Below the pieces are notes generated by a model. The model had not been told where the DNA came from and ran no database searches. It saw only the letters and a program-made list of their open reading frames with translations. This document shows, in pieces, positions 11,255 to 19,807 of a stretch of DNA of 25,989 nt. Positions within the stretch are counted from its first letter, which is position 1; the number at the start of each line of letters is the position of its first letter. A program made the translations under genes and the position numbers. Source of the DNA: Gemmatimonadota bacterium (GTDB lineage Bacteria; Gemmatimonadota; Gemmatimonadetes; Longimicrobiales; RSA9); assembly GCA_040905425.1 (NCBI GenBank), contig JBBDRO010000072.1, positions 1 through 25,989 of the forward strand, given 5' to 3'.

Positions 11255-11270
11255 CGGCATGGCCGTTGCA
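11255..11270 (+). promoter_or_regulatory. Candidate sigma-54 (-24/-12) promoter upstream of ytxH
   Basis: CGGCATGGCCGTTGCA versus consensus TGGCACG-N4-TTGCW. GG at 11256-57 and GC at 11268-69 with exactly 10 nt between; about 50 nt before the ytxH ATG. Confidence 0.6.
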
Positions 11271-11319
11271 CGGCGGAGGGCAACCAATCACGTACCGCTT
11301 CGCCCAGGGGGTTCGATCC

Positions 11320-11553
11320 ATGTATTACGATGATGACACCGCAGCCGTGACCTTCATGAGCGGCGTGCTCTTCGGCGCCCTGCTCGGCGCTAGTGTGGCG
11401 CTTCTGCTGGCGCCGAACGCGGGCAAGAAGACCCGCCGCAAGCTCATCCGTGGACTTTCCAACGCGCGCGACGAGGCCACCGGTCGCTGGGATGACATCA
11501 GCGACGATGTCCGCTCCGCCGTGGAGGCCGGCCGCAAGAAAGTACGCATCTGA
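11320..11553 (+). CDS. YtxH-domain small membrane-anchored protein
   Basis: FMSGVLFGALLGASVALLLAPNAGKKTRRKL matches the YtxH signature; 77 aa from ATG 11320. Confidence 0.9.
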   Translation: MYYDDDTAAVTFMSGVLFGALLGASVALLLAPNAGKKTRRKLIRGLSNARDEATGRWDDISDDVRSAVEAGRKKVRI

Positions 11554-11590
11554 GCATGCGCCTCCGCACCTCCACCACGGGCCGGGTGCG

Positions 11591-13147
11591 GTGACGGTGG
11601 AGGAGAGCGGACCGCGGCGGCTGGGCCCGGCCGACCTGGGCCCGGCTTTGCGCGCGGCGTTTCCCCGCCGGCGGTTCCTGGTGGTGAGCAACCGGGAGCC
11701 CTACGAGCACGTCTGGACGGACGAGGGTGACGTGGAGGTGCGGCGGCCGGCCGGCGGACTCACGTCCGCCCTCGACCCGCTCATGCGGGCCGTGGGCGGC
11801 ACCTGGATTGCCTGGGGGAGCGGGGATGCGGATCCCGAGGTCGTGGACGAGCGCCAGCGCGTGCGCGTGCCGCCCGAGGATCCCGCCTACACCCTGCGCC
11901 GGCTCTGGCTCACGGACCGTGAGGTACACCACTACTATTTCGGCTACGCCAACCAGTTCCTGTGGCCGCTCTGCCACCTCCGCCCGGAGCTGACGCGCAC
12001 CCGCGCGCGCTACTGGGAGCGCTACGTGGAGGTGAATGACCGGTTTGCCGCCGCCGTGGCCGACGAGGTAGAGGACATTCCCGAGGAGGGTCGGGCCGCC
12101 GTGTGGACCCAGGACTACCACCTGGCGCTGGCGCCGCTCGGCATCCGGGCGCGCACCCTGCGCGCCACGCTCGCCCACTTCTGGCACATCCCCTTTCCGC
12201 CGCTCGAGATCTTCCGCATCTCCTCCCACGGCAAGGAACTCCTGGAGGGGTTGCTGGCCAACGATCTGCTCGGTTTTCATCTGCCGCTCTTCTGTGACAA
12301 CTTCCTGCGCTGCGCCGAAGCCATCATAGAGGCGGAGGTGGACTGGGAGCGGCGCTGCGTACGCTTCGACGACCACATCTGCTACGTGCGAGCCTTCCCC
12401 ATCTCGATCGATACCGCGTTCTTTCGGGAGGCGGCCACGGTGGACTCGGCGCCGGCGCGGGTCAAGCGCATCCGCAGGCGCTATCTGCCCGACGGCGGCT
12501 TCCTGGGCGTGGGCGTGGATCGCGCGGACTATTCCAAGGGCCTGGAGGAGAAGTTCGCCGCGCTGGACATGCTGTGGGACCACAACCCGGACCTGCGCGA
12601 GCGCTTCACCTACGTGCAGGTGGCCGTGCCCAGCCGCACGGACATCGAGGCCTACGACTGGCTGAACGAGCGCATCAAGCGCCTGGTCTGGGGGATCAAC
12701 GACCGCTTCGGCACGGCCAACTGGCGCCCCGTCCACCTCATCACCGACGCCCGGCCCGCGGAACGCCTGGCCGTGCTGTACCGCGCGGCGGACGTGTGCA
12801 TCATCTCCTCCCTGCAGGACGGCATGAACCTGGTGGCCAAGGAGTTCGTGGCCAGTCAGGCGGAGGATCCGGCGGGCGTGCTGGTGCTCTCCAAATTCGC
12901 CGGCGCGGCGGAGGAGCTGGATGGGTCCGTGGAGGTGAACCCCTTCGACCCCGAGGATTTCGCGGACCGCATCCGCGACGCGCTGGCCTTCTCCCCGGAG
13001 GAACGCAACCGGCGCATGGCCCGACTGCGCCAGAACATGCGCACCATCTACGACTGGATGGCGGAGGTCTTCCTGGTCTGGGGCGCGGTGGCCCATGGTG
13101 AGGAAGTGCCGCTCTCCGATGCCGACCGGTGGAGCCGCTTCCGGTGA
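11591..13147 (+). CDS. otsA: Trehalose-6-phosphate synthase family glycosyltransferase (GT20)
   Basis: VVSNREP, AGGLTS, YYFGYANQFLWPLCH, QDYHL, FWHIPFP, GVDRADYSKG, DGMNLVAKEF, LSKFAGAA. Start uncertain (GTG 11591 or 11597); no fused phosphatase domain. Confidence 0.88.
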   Translation: MTVEESGPRRLGPADLGPALRAAFPRRRFLVVSNREPYEHVWTDEGDVEVRRPAGGLTSALDPLMRAVGGTWIAWGSGDADPEVVDERQRVRVPPEDPAYTLRRLWLTDREVHHYYFGYANQFLWPLCHLRPELTRTRARYWERYVEVNDRFAAAVADEVEDIPEEGRAAVWTQDYHLALAPLGIRARTLRATLAHFWHIPFPPLEIFRISSHGKELLEGLLANDLLGFHLPLFCDNFLRCAEAIIEAEVDWERRCVRFDDHICYVRAFPISIDTAFFREAATVDSAPARVKRIRRRYLPDGGFLGVGVDRADYSKGLEEKFAALDMLWDHNPDLRERFTYVQVAVPSRTDIEAYDWLNERIKRLVWGINDRFGTANWRPVHLITDARPAERLAVLYRAADVCIISSLQDGMNLVAKEFVASQAEDPAGVLVLSKFAGAAEELDGSVEVNPFDPEDFADRIRDALAFSPEERNRRMARLRQNMRTIYDWMAEVFLVWGAVAHGEEVPLSDADRWSRFR

Positions 13148-13182
13148 GGTCCGCTGCCGGTGAGGGCCGGGTGGCCGCGCGC

Positions 13183-14505
13183 GTGAACCCCTACGACATC
13201 ATCCGGCAGAAGCGCGACGGTGGCGCGCTCCCCCCGCAGCGGCTCACGGCCTTCCTGCGCGGCTACGCGGACGGGGCGGTGACGGACTACCACATGGCGG
13301 CATTCCTCATGGCCGTCTTCTTCCGCGGCATGGAGGCGGCCGAGCTGGACGTCCTGGTGGACGTGATGCTCCATTCCGGTGAGGTGGTGGATCTCTCCGA
13401 CGTGCCGGGCGTGAAGGTGGACAAGCACGCCACCGGCGGGGTGGGGGACAAGGTCTCCCTGGTGCTGGCGCCCCTCGTGGCCTCGCTGGGCGTGCCCGTA
13501 CCCATGATGAGCGGGCGCGGCCTGGGGCACACGGGCGGCACGGTGGACAAGCTGGAATCCATCCCCGGCTTCCGGGTGGAGCTGGACATCGCCGCGTACC
13601 GCGCGCAGGTGGCCCGTCTGGGCTGCGCCCTCATTGCCCCCTCGGCGCGCATCACGCCGCTGGACCAGCGCCTCTACGCGCTGCGTGATGTGACGGCCAC
13701 GGTGGAGTCCATTCCTCTCATTGCCGCCAGCATCATGAGCAAGAAGCTGGCGGAGGGCATCGACGCCCTGGTGCTGGACATGAAGCTGGGCTCTGGCGCC
13801 TTCATCCCCGACGCCGCACGCGCGGAGGAGCTGGCGCGCACCATGATCCGCATCGGCGCGGCGCGGGGCACCGAAGTGGTGGCGCTGTTCACCGCCATGG
13901 ACCGCCCGCTCGGCCGCGCCGTGGGCAACGCCCTGGAGGTGGAGGAGGCGGTGCTGGCGCTGCGCGGGGAGGGGCCGGCGGATCTGCGGGAGGTGACGCT
14001 GGCGCTGGCCGCCGAGATGCTGGTGGCGGGCGGCGCGGCAGCGGACCCGGCCGAAGGCAGTCGGCGTGCGGCCGCCGCCCTGGATGATGGGCGTGCGCTC
14101 GAGAAGATGGCGGCGGTCATCGCAGCCCAGGGGGGCAATCCCGCCATCCTGGATGACCCCGCGCTCCTGCCGCAGACCGACCTCCAGCACGTGGTGCACG
14201 CACCGCGCGCCGGCATCGTGGGCGCCATGGACGTACGCGCCATCGGCGCCGCCATGGTGCGGCTGGGCGCGGGACGCGCCACGCTGGAGGACCGCATCGA
14301 CCCCGCCGTGGGCAGCTACATCACCTGCAAGCCGGGGGACACGGTGGTGGCGGGAGAGCCGCTGGCCACGGTGCATGCCCGGGACCGCGCGGGCGCGGAG
14401 GAGGCCGCGCGGGCGCTCCTCCAGGCCATCGTCATAAGCGACGAGGCGCCGAGCACGCTTCCCCTCGTGGGCCGCCGCCTCGGCCCCGCGGACCTCGCGG
14501 ACTGA
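13183..14505 (+). CDS. pdp: Pyrimidine-nucleoside / thymidine phosphorylase
   Basis: IIRQKRDG, DKHATGGVGDK, MSGRGLGHTGGTVDKLESIPGF, YALRDVTATV, SIMSKKLA, GNALEV, LGAGR; GTG start at 13183. Confidence 0.93.
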   Translation: MNPYDIIRQKRDGGALPPQRLTAFLRGYADGAVTDYHMAAFLMAVFFRGMEAAELDVLVDVMLHSGEVVDLSDVPGVKVDKHATGGVGDKVSLVLAPLVASLGVPVPMMSGRGLGHTGGTVDKLESIPGFRVELDIAAYRAQVARLGCALIAPSARITPLDQRLYALRDVTATVESIPLIAASIMSKKLAEGIDALVLDMKLGSGAFIPDAARAEELARTMIRIGAARGTEVVALFTAMDRPLGRAVGNALEVEEAVLALRGEGPADLREVTLALAAEMLVAGGAAADPAEGSRRAAAALDDGRALEKMAAVIAAQGGNPAILDDPALLPQTDLQHVVHAPRAGIVGAMDVRAIGAAMVRLGAGRATLEDRIDPAVGSYITCKPGDTVVAGEPLATVHARDRAGAEEAARALLQAIVISDEAPSTLPLVGRRLGPADLAD

Positions 14506-14519
14506 GCGGGCATGCCGCC

Positions 14520-14738
14520 GTGACGCTGCTCTTCGTCTTCGAGACCACGCATCACGCGCTGTGGGCAGAGGAGGTGGCGGCCGACGCCGGGCTCCCGGCG
14601 GAACCCGTGCCGGCGCCGGCCGAGGCCGGCGCGGGGTGCGACCTGGCGCTGGAGGTGCTGGTGGCCGATGCGGACGCGTTGGAGGCCGCGCTGGAGAAGG
14701 CGGGCGTGGCGTGCCGGCGCTTCATCCCACGGGGGTAG
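14520..14738 (+). CDS. DUF3343-family small protein (putative S/Se carrier-like)
   Basis: 72 aa; FETTHHALWAEE...PVPAP....AGCDLAL resembles the DUF3343 pattern (F..T..A...E...P.P.....CG.AL); 14 nt after the phosphorylase stop. Confidence 0.75.
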   Translation: MTLLFVFETTHHALWAEEVAADAGLPAEPVPAPAEAGAGCDLALEVLVADADALEAALEKAGVACRRFIPRG

Positions 14739-14786
14739 CGCCGCGCGCGCCCCGCGCCGCGCCGGGAGGTGGAGACGCGTCGTCGC

Positions 14787-17030
14787 TTACCGCTGTACGA
14801 CGCTGGTGGTGTCCGGCGGTGCGGTGGTGTCGGGCGGCAGGCGCAGGCGGAAGCGGCCGCGGAGGTCTGACGTATCGGGATCCGTGCGGCGCACCCGGCC
14901 GCGGAAGAGGCCGCGGTCGTAGGGCGAGCACACCTCCGTGGGCTCGGTGCCCGGAATGAAATACTCCAGGTAGGACTGCTCGGGATCGCACCAGTCGGAC
15001 GCCAGGGTGCCGGTGGCGCGGTCGATGACGCGGGTGGAGAGCCCGCGCGGCATGCTCCACTCCTCCGGCGTGGGCAGGACGGGCTCGTCACCCGCGTAGA
15101 GGCTGGTGGCGAATTGGCCCCACACGGGCGCCGCGAAGCGCCCGCCGCTGGCCCTGTTGATGATGCGCCGCGGCTGGTCGAAGCCGAACCACACGGTGGC
15201 CAGCAGGTTGGGTGTGAAGCCCATGAACCAGACGTCCGTGTAGTCGTTGGTGGTGCCGGTCTTGCCTGCCGCCGGCACGCTGTAGGGCAGGCCGCCCTCA
15301 TTGCGCACGGCGTTGTTGGCCGTGCCGGACGCCACCACGCTGCGCAGCATGTCCCGCACGATGGCGGCCGTGAGCGAATCCAGCACCACCTCCCGCTCAG
15401 GCCGGGTCTGCCACAGGACCCGCCCCTCGGCGTCCTCCACACGAATCACCGCGCGCGGCCGCACCGCCACGCCGGCGTTGGCAAAGGCCGTGTAGGCGGT
15501 GGCCAGGTCGAGGGGGAGGATGTCCGCGGCGCCGATGGCCGTGGAGGGGTAGGGTGGGATCTCCGTGCGCAGGCCCATCTGCCGGGCGGTGCGCGCCACG
15601 TTCTCCATGCCCACCTCCTGGCCGAGCTGCACGGCAATGGTGTTGACGGAGAACTTCATTGCGTCCCGCAGCGTGAGCGGGCCCCGGAACTCGGGGTCGT
15701 AATTGCGGGGGGCGTACTCGCCACCCTCAGGCAGCTCGATCATCACCGGCGCGTCGTGCATGACGTGCGACGCCGGGATGCCCTGGTTGATGGCCGTGGC
15801 GTAGACGAAGGGCTTGAACAGGGAGCCGGGCTGGCGGAGCGCCTGCGTCACGCGGTTGAAGCGCGAGTGGCTGAAGTCGCGCCCGCCGATGAGCGCCAGC
15901 ACGTCGCCACTGTCGGGGTCCATGGCCAGCAGCATGCCCTGCACATAGGGGATGCGCGTCAGCTGCGCTCCCGCGGCCTCCTCCGCCACGGACGCGTAGG
16001 TGGGGTGCCGATAGCCCGGGGCGTTCTCGATGCGCGCGAAGCCGCTGTCCAGCGCGGCGGCCGCCCGCCGCTGCACCTGCAGGTCCAGCGTGGTGTGGAT
16101 GGTGAGGCCGCCGCTGTAAAGCGTTTCCCCGTACCGGTCGTCCAGGTCGTCACGCACCCACTCCACGAAGTACGGCGCCAGATCGCCCTGACTCTCCGCC
16201 GCGTGGGCTCCCTCGGGCAGCGGGTGCTCGCGCCAGCGCGCCACCTCCTCCGCGCTCAGGTAGCCCTGCCGGCCCATGAGGGCGAGCACGGTGTTGCGGC
16301 GGCTCAGCGCGCGGTCCGGGTGCCGGAACGGTGAGTAGTGCGATGGCGCGTTGATGACCGCCGCCAGCAGCGCGGCCTCGGCGGGGTTCAGCTCCGGCGC
16401 CGTCCGCCCGAAGTAGTACACCGCGGCCGTTTCGATGCCGTACTTGCCGTGGCCGTAGTTGACCTGATTGATGTAGGCTTCGAGGATCTGCTCCTTGCTG
16501 TAGACCGCCTCCAGCTGGCGGGCCACGTGCATTTCCTTGAGCTTGCGCGTGAGCACCTGGTCGAAGCCGATCTCGTCGGAGAACATCCAGCGGGCCAGCT
16601 GCTGCGTGATGGTGCTGCCACCGCCGGTGATGCGCATGCTGATCACGTTCTGGACGTTGGCGGAGACCAGGCGTCGGTAGTCCAGCCCCTCGTGCTCGTA
16701 GAAGCGCTTGTCCTCGACGGCCACGAACGCCTGCGGCACGTGGTCAGGCAGGTTCTCGATGCGGATGGGGGTGCGCCGTTCACGGAAGAACTCGCTGATG
16801 AGCAGCCCGTTGCGGTCCAGGACACGGCTGGCGCGCAGCGGCTCCCAGACGCTCAGCTGCGCGATGGAAGGGCACTCCGCGCAGATGTTGCGCCAGGTAC
16901 CGATGAACATCCCGCCCGCGCAGGCGCCGAGCGCCAGGAAGGCCAGCAGGATGCCCGCCAGCAGGCCGCCATGGCCGCGCAGCCAACCGACCACGCGGCG
17001 GGGCACGCCGGGCTTGCCCGCGGCGCTCAC
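14787..17030 (-). CDS. Class A bifunctional penicillin-binding protein (PBP1A family)
   Basis: N-terminal TM. GT51 motifs EDKRFYEHEG, GGSTITQQL, RKLKE, KEQILEAYIN. Transpeptidase motifs SLFK, SVN, KTG. GTG start overlaps the suhB stop (GTGA). Confidence 0.96.
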   Translation of the reverse strand: MSAAGKPGVPRRVVGWLRGHGGLLAGILLAFLALGACAGGMFIGTWRNICAECPSIAQLSVWEPLRASRVLDRNGLLISEFFRERRTPIRIENLPDHVPQAFVAVEDKRFYEHEGLDYRRLVSANVQNVISMRITGGGSTITQQLARWMFSDEIGFDQVLTRKLKEMHVARQLEAVYSKEQILEAYINQVNYGHGKYGIETAAVYYFGRTAPELNPAEAALLAAVINAPSHYSPFRHPDRALSRRNTVLALMGRQGYLSAEEVARWREHPLPEGAHAAESQGDLAPYFVEWVRDDLDDRYGETLYSGGLTIHTTLDLQVQRRAAAALDSGFARIENAPGYRHPTYASVAEEAAGAQLTRIPYVQGMLLAMDPDSGDVLALIGGRDFSHSRFNRVTQALRQPGSLFKPFVYATAINQGIPASHVMHDAPVMIELPEGGEYAPRNYDPEFRGPLTLRDAMKFSVNTIAVQLGQEVGMENVARTARQMGLRTEIPPYPSTAIGAADILPLDLATAYTAFANAGVAVRPRAVIRVEDAEGRVLWQTRPEREVVLDSLTAAIVRDMLRSVVASGTANNAVRNEGGLPYSVPAAGKTGTTNDYTDVWFMGFTPNLLATVWFGFDQPRRIINRASGGRFAAPVWGQFATSLYAGDEPVLPTPEEWSMPRGLSTRVIDRATGTLASDWCDPEQSYLEYFIPGTEPTEVCSPYDRGLFRGRVRRTDPDTSDLRGRFRLRLPPDTTAPPDTTSVVQR

Positions 17031-17896
17031 GTGGGGGACTCTCCCCCCGAATGTTCAGCTGTCATGGATCCCGTGGTATGCCCTGGAGCGCTTGAGGTTC
17101 CCTCCGCCACCAACTGGCCCAGGCGGGGGTGCAGCCCGGGATTGCCCGCCAGCACCGACCCGGCGCCCAGCATGTCGGGCGAGCCGTCCAGGCGGGTGAC
17201 CACGCCGGCGGCCTCGCGGATGATCAGGGTGCCGGCCGCGATGTCCCACGGCGCCAGCGAGAGCTCCCAGAAGCCGTCCAGCCAGCCGCTGGCCACGTGG
17301 CAGAGGTCGAGCGCCGCGGCGCCCGCCCGGCGCACACCTGCCGTTGCCGCCATGACCCGGCCCAGCTGATGGAGATAGGCGGGGATCTCATGGGGCGTGC
17401 GAAAGGGAAAGCCGGTGCCGATGAGCGCCTGCGGAAGCGCGGCGCGAGCCGACACGCGGGTCGGCGCGCCGTCCAGGTACGCGCCCGCGCCGCGCGCCGC
17501 CGTCCATGCCTGTCCGGTGGCGCCGTTCACCACCACGCCCGCCACGAGCTGGCCGCGGCGGGCCACGGCAATGGAGGCCGCGTACATGGGATAGGCGTGC
17601 AACCAGTTGGTGGTACCGTCCAGCGGATCGATGATCCACACCCAGTCGGCACCGGCCAGGTCGGGGCGCTCGCCGTCGTCGGCACTCTCCTCGGCCAGCA
17701 CGGCGTGGTCGGGAAAGGCGTCCCGCACGCGCGCCAGTATAGCGGCTTCCGCCTCGCGGTCCACATCCGTGACGAAGTCCGCGGTGGCCTTGGTCTGCCA
17801 GGCATCCGTGCCCACCCGCCCCAGCTGCCGCCGGTGCACCTCCGCGGCCGCCCGGGCCGCGTCCAGCGCCACCTCCACCAGCCTGCCTTCGTCCAC
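17027..17896 (-). CDS. suhB: Inositol monophosphatase family protein (SuhB-like)
   Basis: VTDVDREAE, LAEES, WIIDPLDGTTN, GAAALDLCHVASG, PWDIAAG; GTG at 17896 preceded by GGAGG. Confidence 0.9.
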   Translation of the reverse strand: MDEGRLVEVALDAARAAAEVHRRQLGRVGTDAWQTKATADFVTDVDREAEAAILARVRDAFPDHAVLAEESADDGERPDLAGADWVWIIDPLDGTTNWLHAYPMYAASIAVARRGQLVAGVVVNGATGQAWTAARGAGAYLDGAPTRVSARAALPQALIGTGFPFRTPHEIPAYLHQLGRVMAATAGVRRAGAAALDLCHVASGWLDGFWELSLAPWDIAAGTLIIREAAGVVTRLDGSPDMLGAGSVLAGNPGLHPRLGQLVAEGTSSAPGHTTGSMTAEHSGGESPT

Positions 17897-17953
17897 ACTG
17901 CCTCCGTTCAGGGGTCGGGGCCGTACGCCGCGGCCCATCGGGTGCGGCGCCCC

Positions 17954-17982
17954 AATCTAGACGGGCGGCGCGCACAGCCCAA
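17954..17982 (-). promoter_or_regulatory. Candidate sigma-70 promoter for suhB-PBP1A
   Basis: Minus strand TTGGGC (17982-17977), 17-nt spacer, TAGATT (17959-17954), in the divergent suhB/dapA gap. Confidence 0.3.
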
Positions 17983-18077
17983 GGGCGCAGCGGATCCGCG
18001 GCGGTGCGCCGCGCGCCGGCGGCAGACAACTTGCTCCGGGAGCGCGGCGTGGCGCACCCCCCGTGCAAGGAGATACC

Positions 18078-18983
18078 ATGGAGCCCATGGCCGATGTGCG
18101 ATTTTCCGGATCCGGCGTGGCCCTGGTCACGCCCTTCGACGAACGGGGCGTCAACCAGGAGGCGCTGCGCGCCCTGGTCCGCTTCCACCACGCCGAGGGC
18201 ACCGATGCCCTGATCGTCTGTGGCTCCACCGGCGAGGCCGCCGCCATGAGCGCGGCTGAGCAGCGCACGGCCGTGGAGACCGTGGTGGACGAGAACGCCG
18301 GCCGCCTGCCGGTGATCGTGGGCTGCGGCGGCAGCGGCACGCGGGAGGTGGCCGCGCTGGCGGAAGCGGCCGCCCGTGCCGGCGCCGACGCCGTCCTGGC
18401 CAGCGCGCCGCCGTACAACAAGCCGCCGCAGGCGGGCCTCACGGTGCACTTCCGGGCGCTCATGGAGGCCTCCGACCTGCCGCTCATCGTCTACAACGTG
18501 CCGGGCCGGAGCGCCGTGAACATCCTGCCCGCCACCATCGCCGACCTGGCCGCCGCCGACGAACGCGTGGTGGGGGTGAAGGAGGCCAGCGGGGACATCT
18601 CCCAGGTGGCGGAGCTGGCGCGGCTGACGGCGGGGCGGCTGGCGCTGTGGAGCGGCAACGATGACCAGGTGATTCCCCTCATGGCGCTGGGCGGGCAGGG
18701 CGTCATCAGTGTGCTGGGCAATGTGGTTCCGCGGGAGACGCACAACATGGCCACGGCGTTCCTCGAAGGCGACGTCGCTGCTGCCCGTAACCTGCAACTC
18801 CGCTTCCTGCCGGCCATCGCCGCGCTCTTCGCCGAGTCCAATCCCATTCCCGTGAAGACCGCGGTGGGCTGGCTGGGCTTCGACGTGGGGGAGCTGCGCG
18901 CCCCGCTCGTGCCGCTTTCCTCCGGCGGCGCGGAGCGCCTGCGGACGGCGCTCACGGAACTGGGTGTGGAGCTGACGTCGTGA
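18078..18983 (+). CDS. dapA: 4-hydroxy-tetrahydrodipicolinate synthase
   Basis: ALVTPF, GSTGE, PPYNKP, YNVPGRS (Tyr and Arg retained), GVKEASG (Schiff-base Lys), SGND, ESNPIPVK. AAGGAG RBS before ATG 18078; followed by dapB. Confidence 0.95.
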   Translation: MEPMADVRFSGSGVALVTPFDERGVNQEALRALVRFHHAEGTDALIVCGSTGEAAAMSAAEQRTAVETVVDENAGRLPVIVGCGGSGTREVAALAEAAARAGADAVLASAPPYNKPPQAGLTVHFRALMEASDLPLIVYNVPGRSAVNILPATIADLAAADERVVGVKEASGDISQVAELARLTAGRLALWSGNDDQVIPLMALGGQGVISVLGNVVPRETHNMATAFLEGDVAAARNLQLRFLPAIAALFAESNPIPVKTAVGWLGFDVGELRAPLVPLSSGGAERLRTALTELGVELTS

Positions 18984-19789
18984 GCCGCCCGGGGGTGCTC
19001 CGGGTGGCGGTGTGCGGCGCCACGGGGCGCATGGGCGGCGAGTTGGCCCGCGTGGCGGCGGCGGACACCAGCGTGGAGCTGGTGGGCGGCGTGGCGCACA
19101 GCGTCCTGCAGGACCTCGCCGCGCGCGGCACGGGCTATCCACGCCTCTGTCCCCCCGGCGAGGCCGGTGGCATCCTGCGTGACGCGGACGCCGTGGTGGA
19201 CTTCTCCTCACCCGACGCGCTGGCCCATCTGCTGGAGCGCCACGCCAACGCGCTGGCGGAGCGAGCGCTGGTGGTGGGCACCACGGGGCTCGGCGCCAGG
19301 GAGGAGCAGCGGCTGGACGCCGCGGCGGAGCGTGGCCCGGTGCTGGTGGCGGCCAACTTCAGCGTGGGCGTGAACGTGCTGCAGGCGCTCGTGCGCCGTG
19401 CGGCAGGCGTGCTCGCGGACTATGACGCGGAGATCGTGGAGGCCCACCACGCGGGCAAGACGGACGCGCCCTCGGGCACCGCGCTGGCGCTGGGTCATGC
19501 GCTGGCGGACGGCCGCGGCGTGCGTCTGGAGGACGTCCGTCAGGACGGCCGCAGCGGCAACACCGGCGCCCGGCCCGCCGGCCAGGTGGGCTTCCACGCC
19601 CTGCGCGGCGGCGGGGTGGTGGGCCAGCACCACGTCCATTTCCTGGGCGCGGACGAGCGCCTGGAACTGGCCCACGTGGCGCTGGACCGGGGGCTCTTTG
19701 CCCGCGGCGCGCTGGTGGCCGCCCGCTGGCTGGTGGGCAGGGCGCCGGGCCGCTACACCATGGCCGAGGTCCTCGGCCTGGACGACTGA
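18980..19789 (+). CDS. dapB: 4-hydroxy-tetrahydrodipicolinate reductase
   Basis: GATGRMG, VVDFS, VVGTTG, AANFSVGV, EAHHAGKTDAPSGTA; GTGA overlap with dapA. Confidence 0.96.
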   Translation: MSRPGVLRVAVCGATGRMGGELARVAAADTSVELVGGVAHSVLQDLAARGTGYPRLCPPGEAGGILRDADAVVDFSSPDALAHLLERHANALAERALVVGTTGLGAREEQRLDAAAERGPVLVAANFSVGVNVLQALVRRAAGVLADYDAEIVEAHHAGKTDAPSGTALALGHALADGRGVRLEDVRQDGRSGNTGARPAGQVGFHALRGGGVVGQHHVHFLGADERLELAHVALDRGLFARGALVAARWLVGRAPGRYTMAEVLGLDD

Positions 19790-19807
19790 GCACACAAGGG
19801 GCGCACG

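Noticed and set aside
16900..16960. Lipobox-like LGAC in the PBP1A N-terminus
   Set aside because: Hydrophobic sequence continues past the Cys (AGGMFIG), consistent with the normal uncleaved TM anchor of class A PBPs.
17897..18077. Lysine riboswitch upstream of dapA
   Set aside because: The gap is only about 180 nt, is shared with the divergent suhB promoter, and shows no recognisable L-box conserved segments or terminator.
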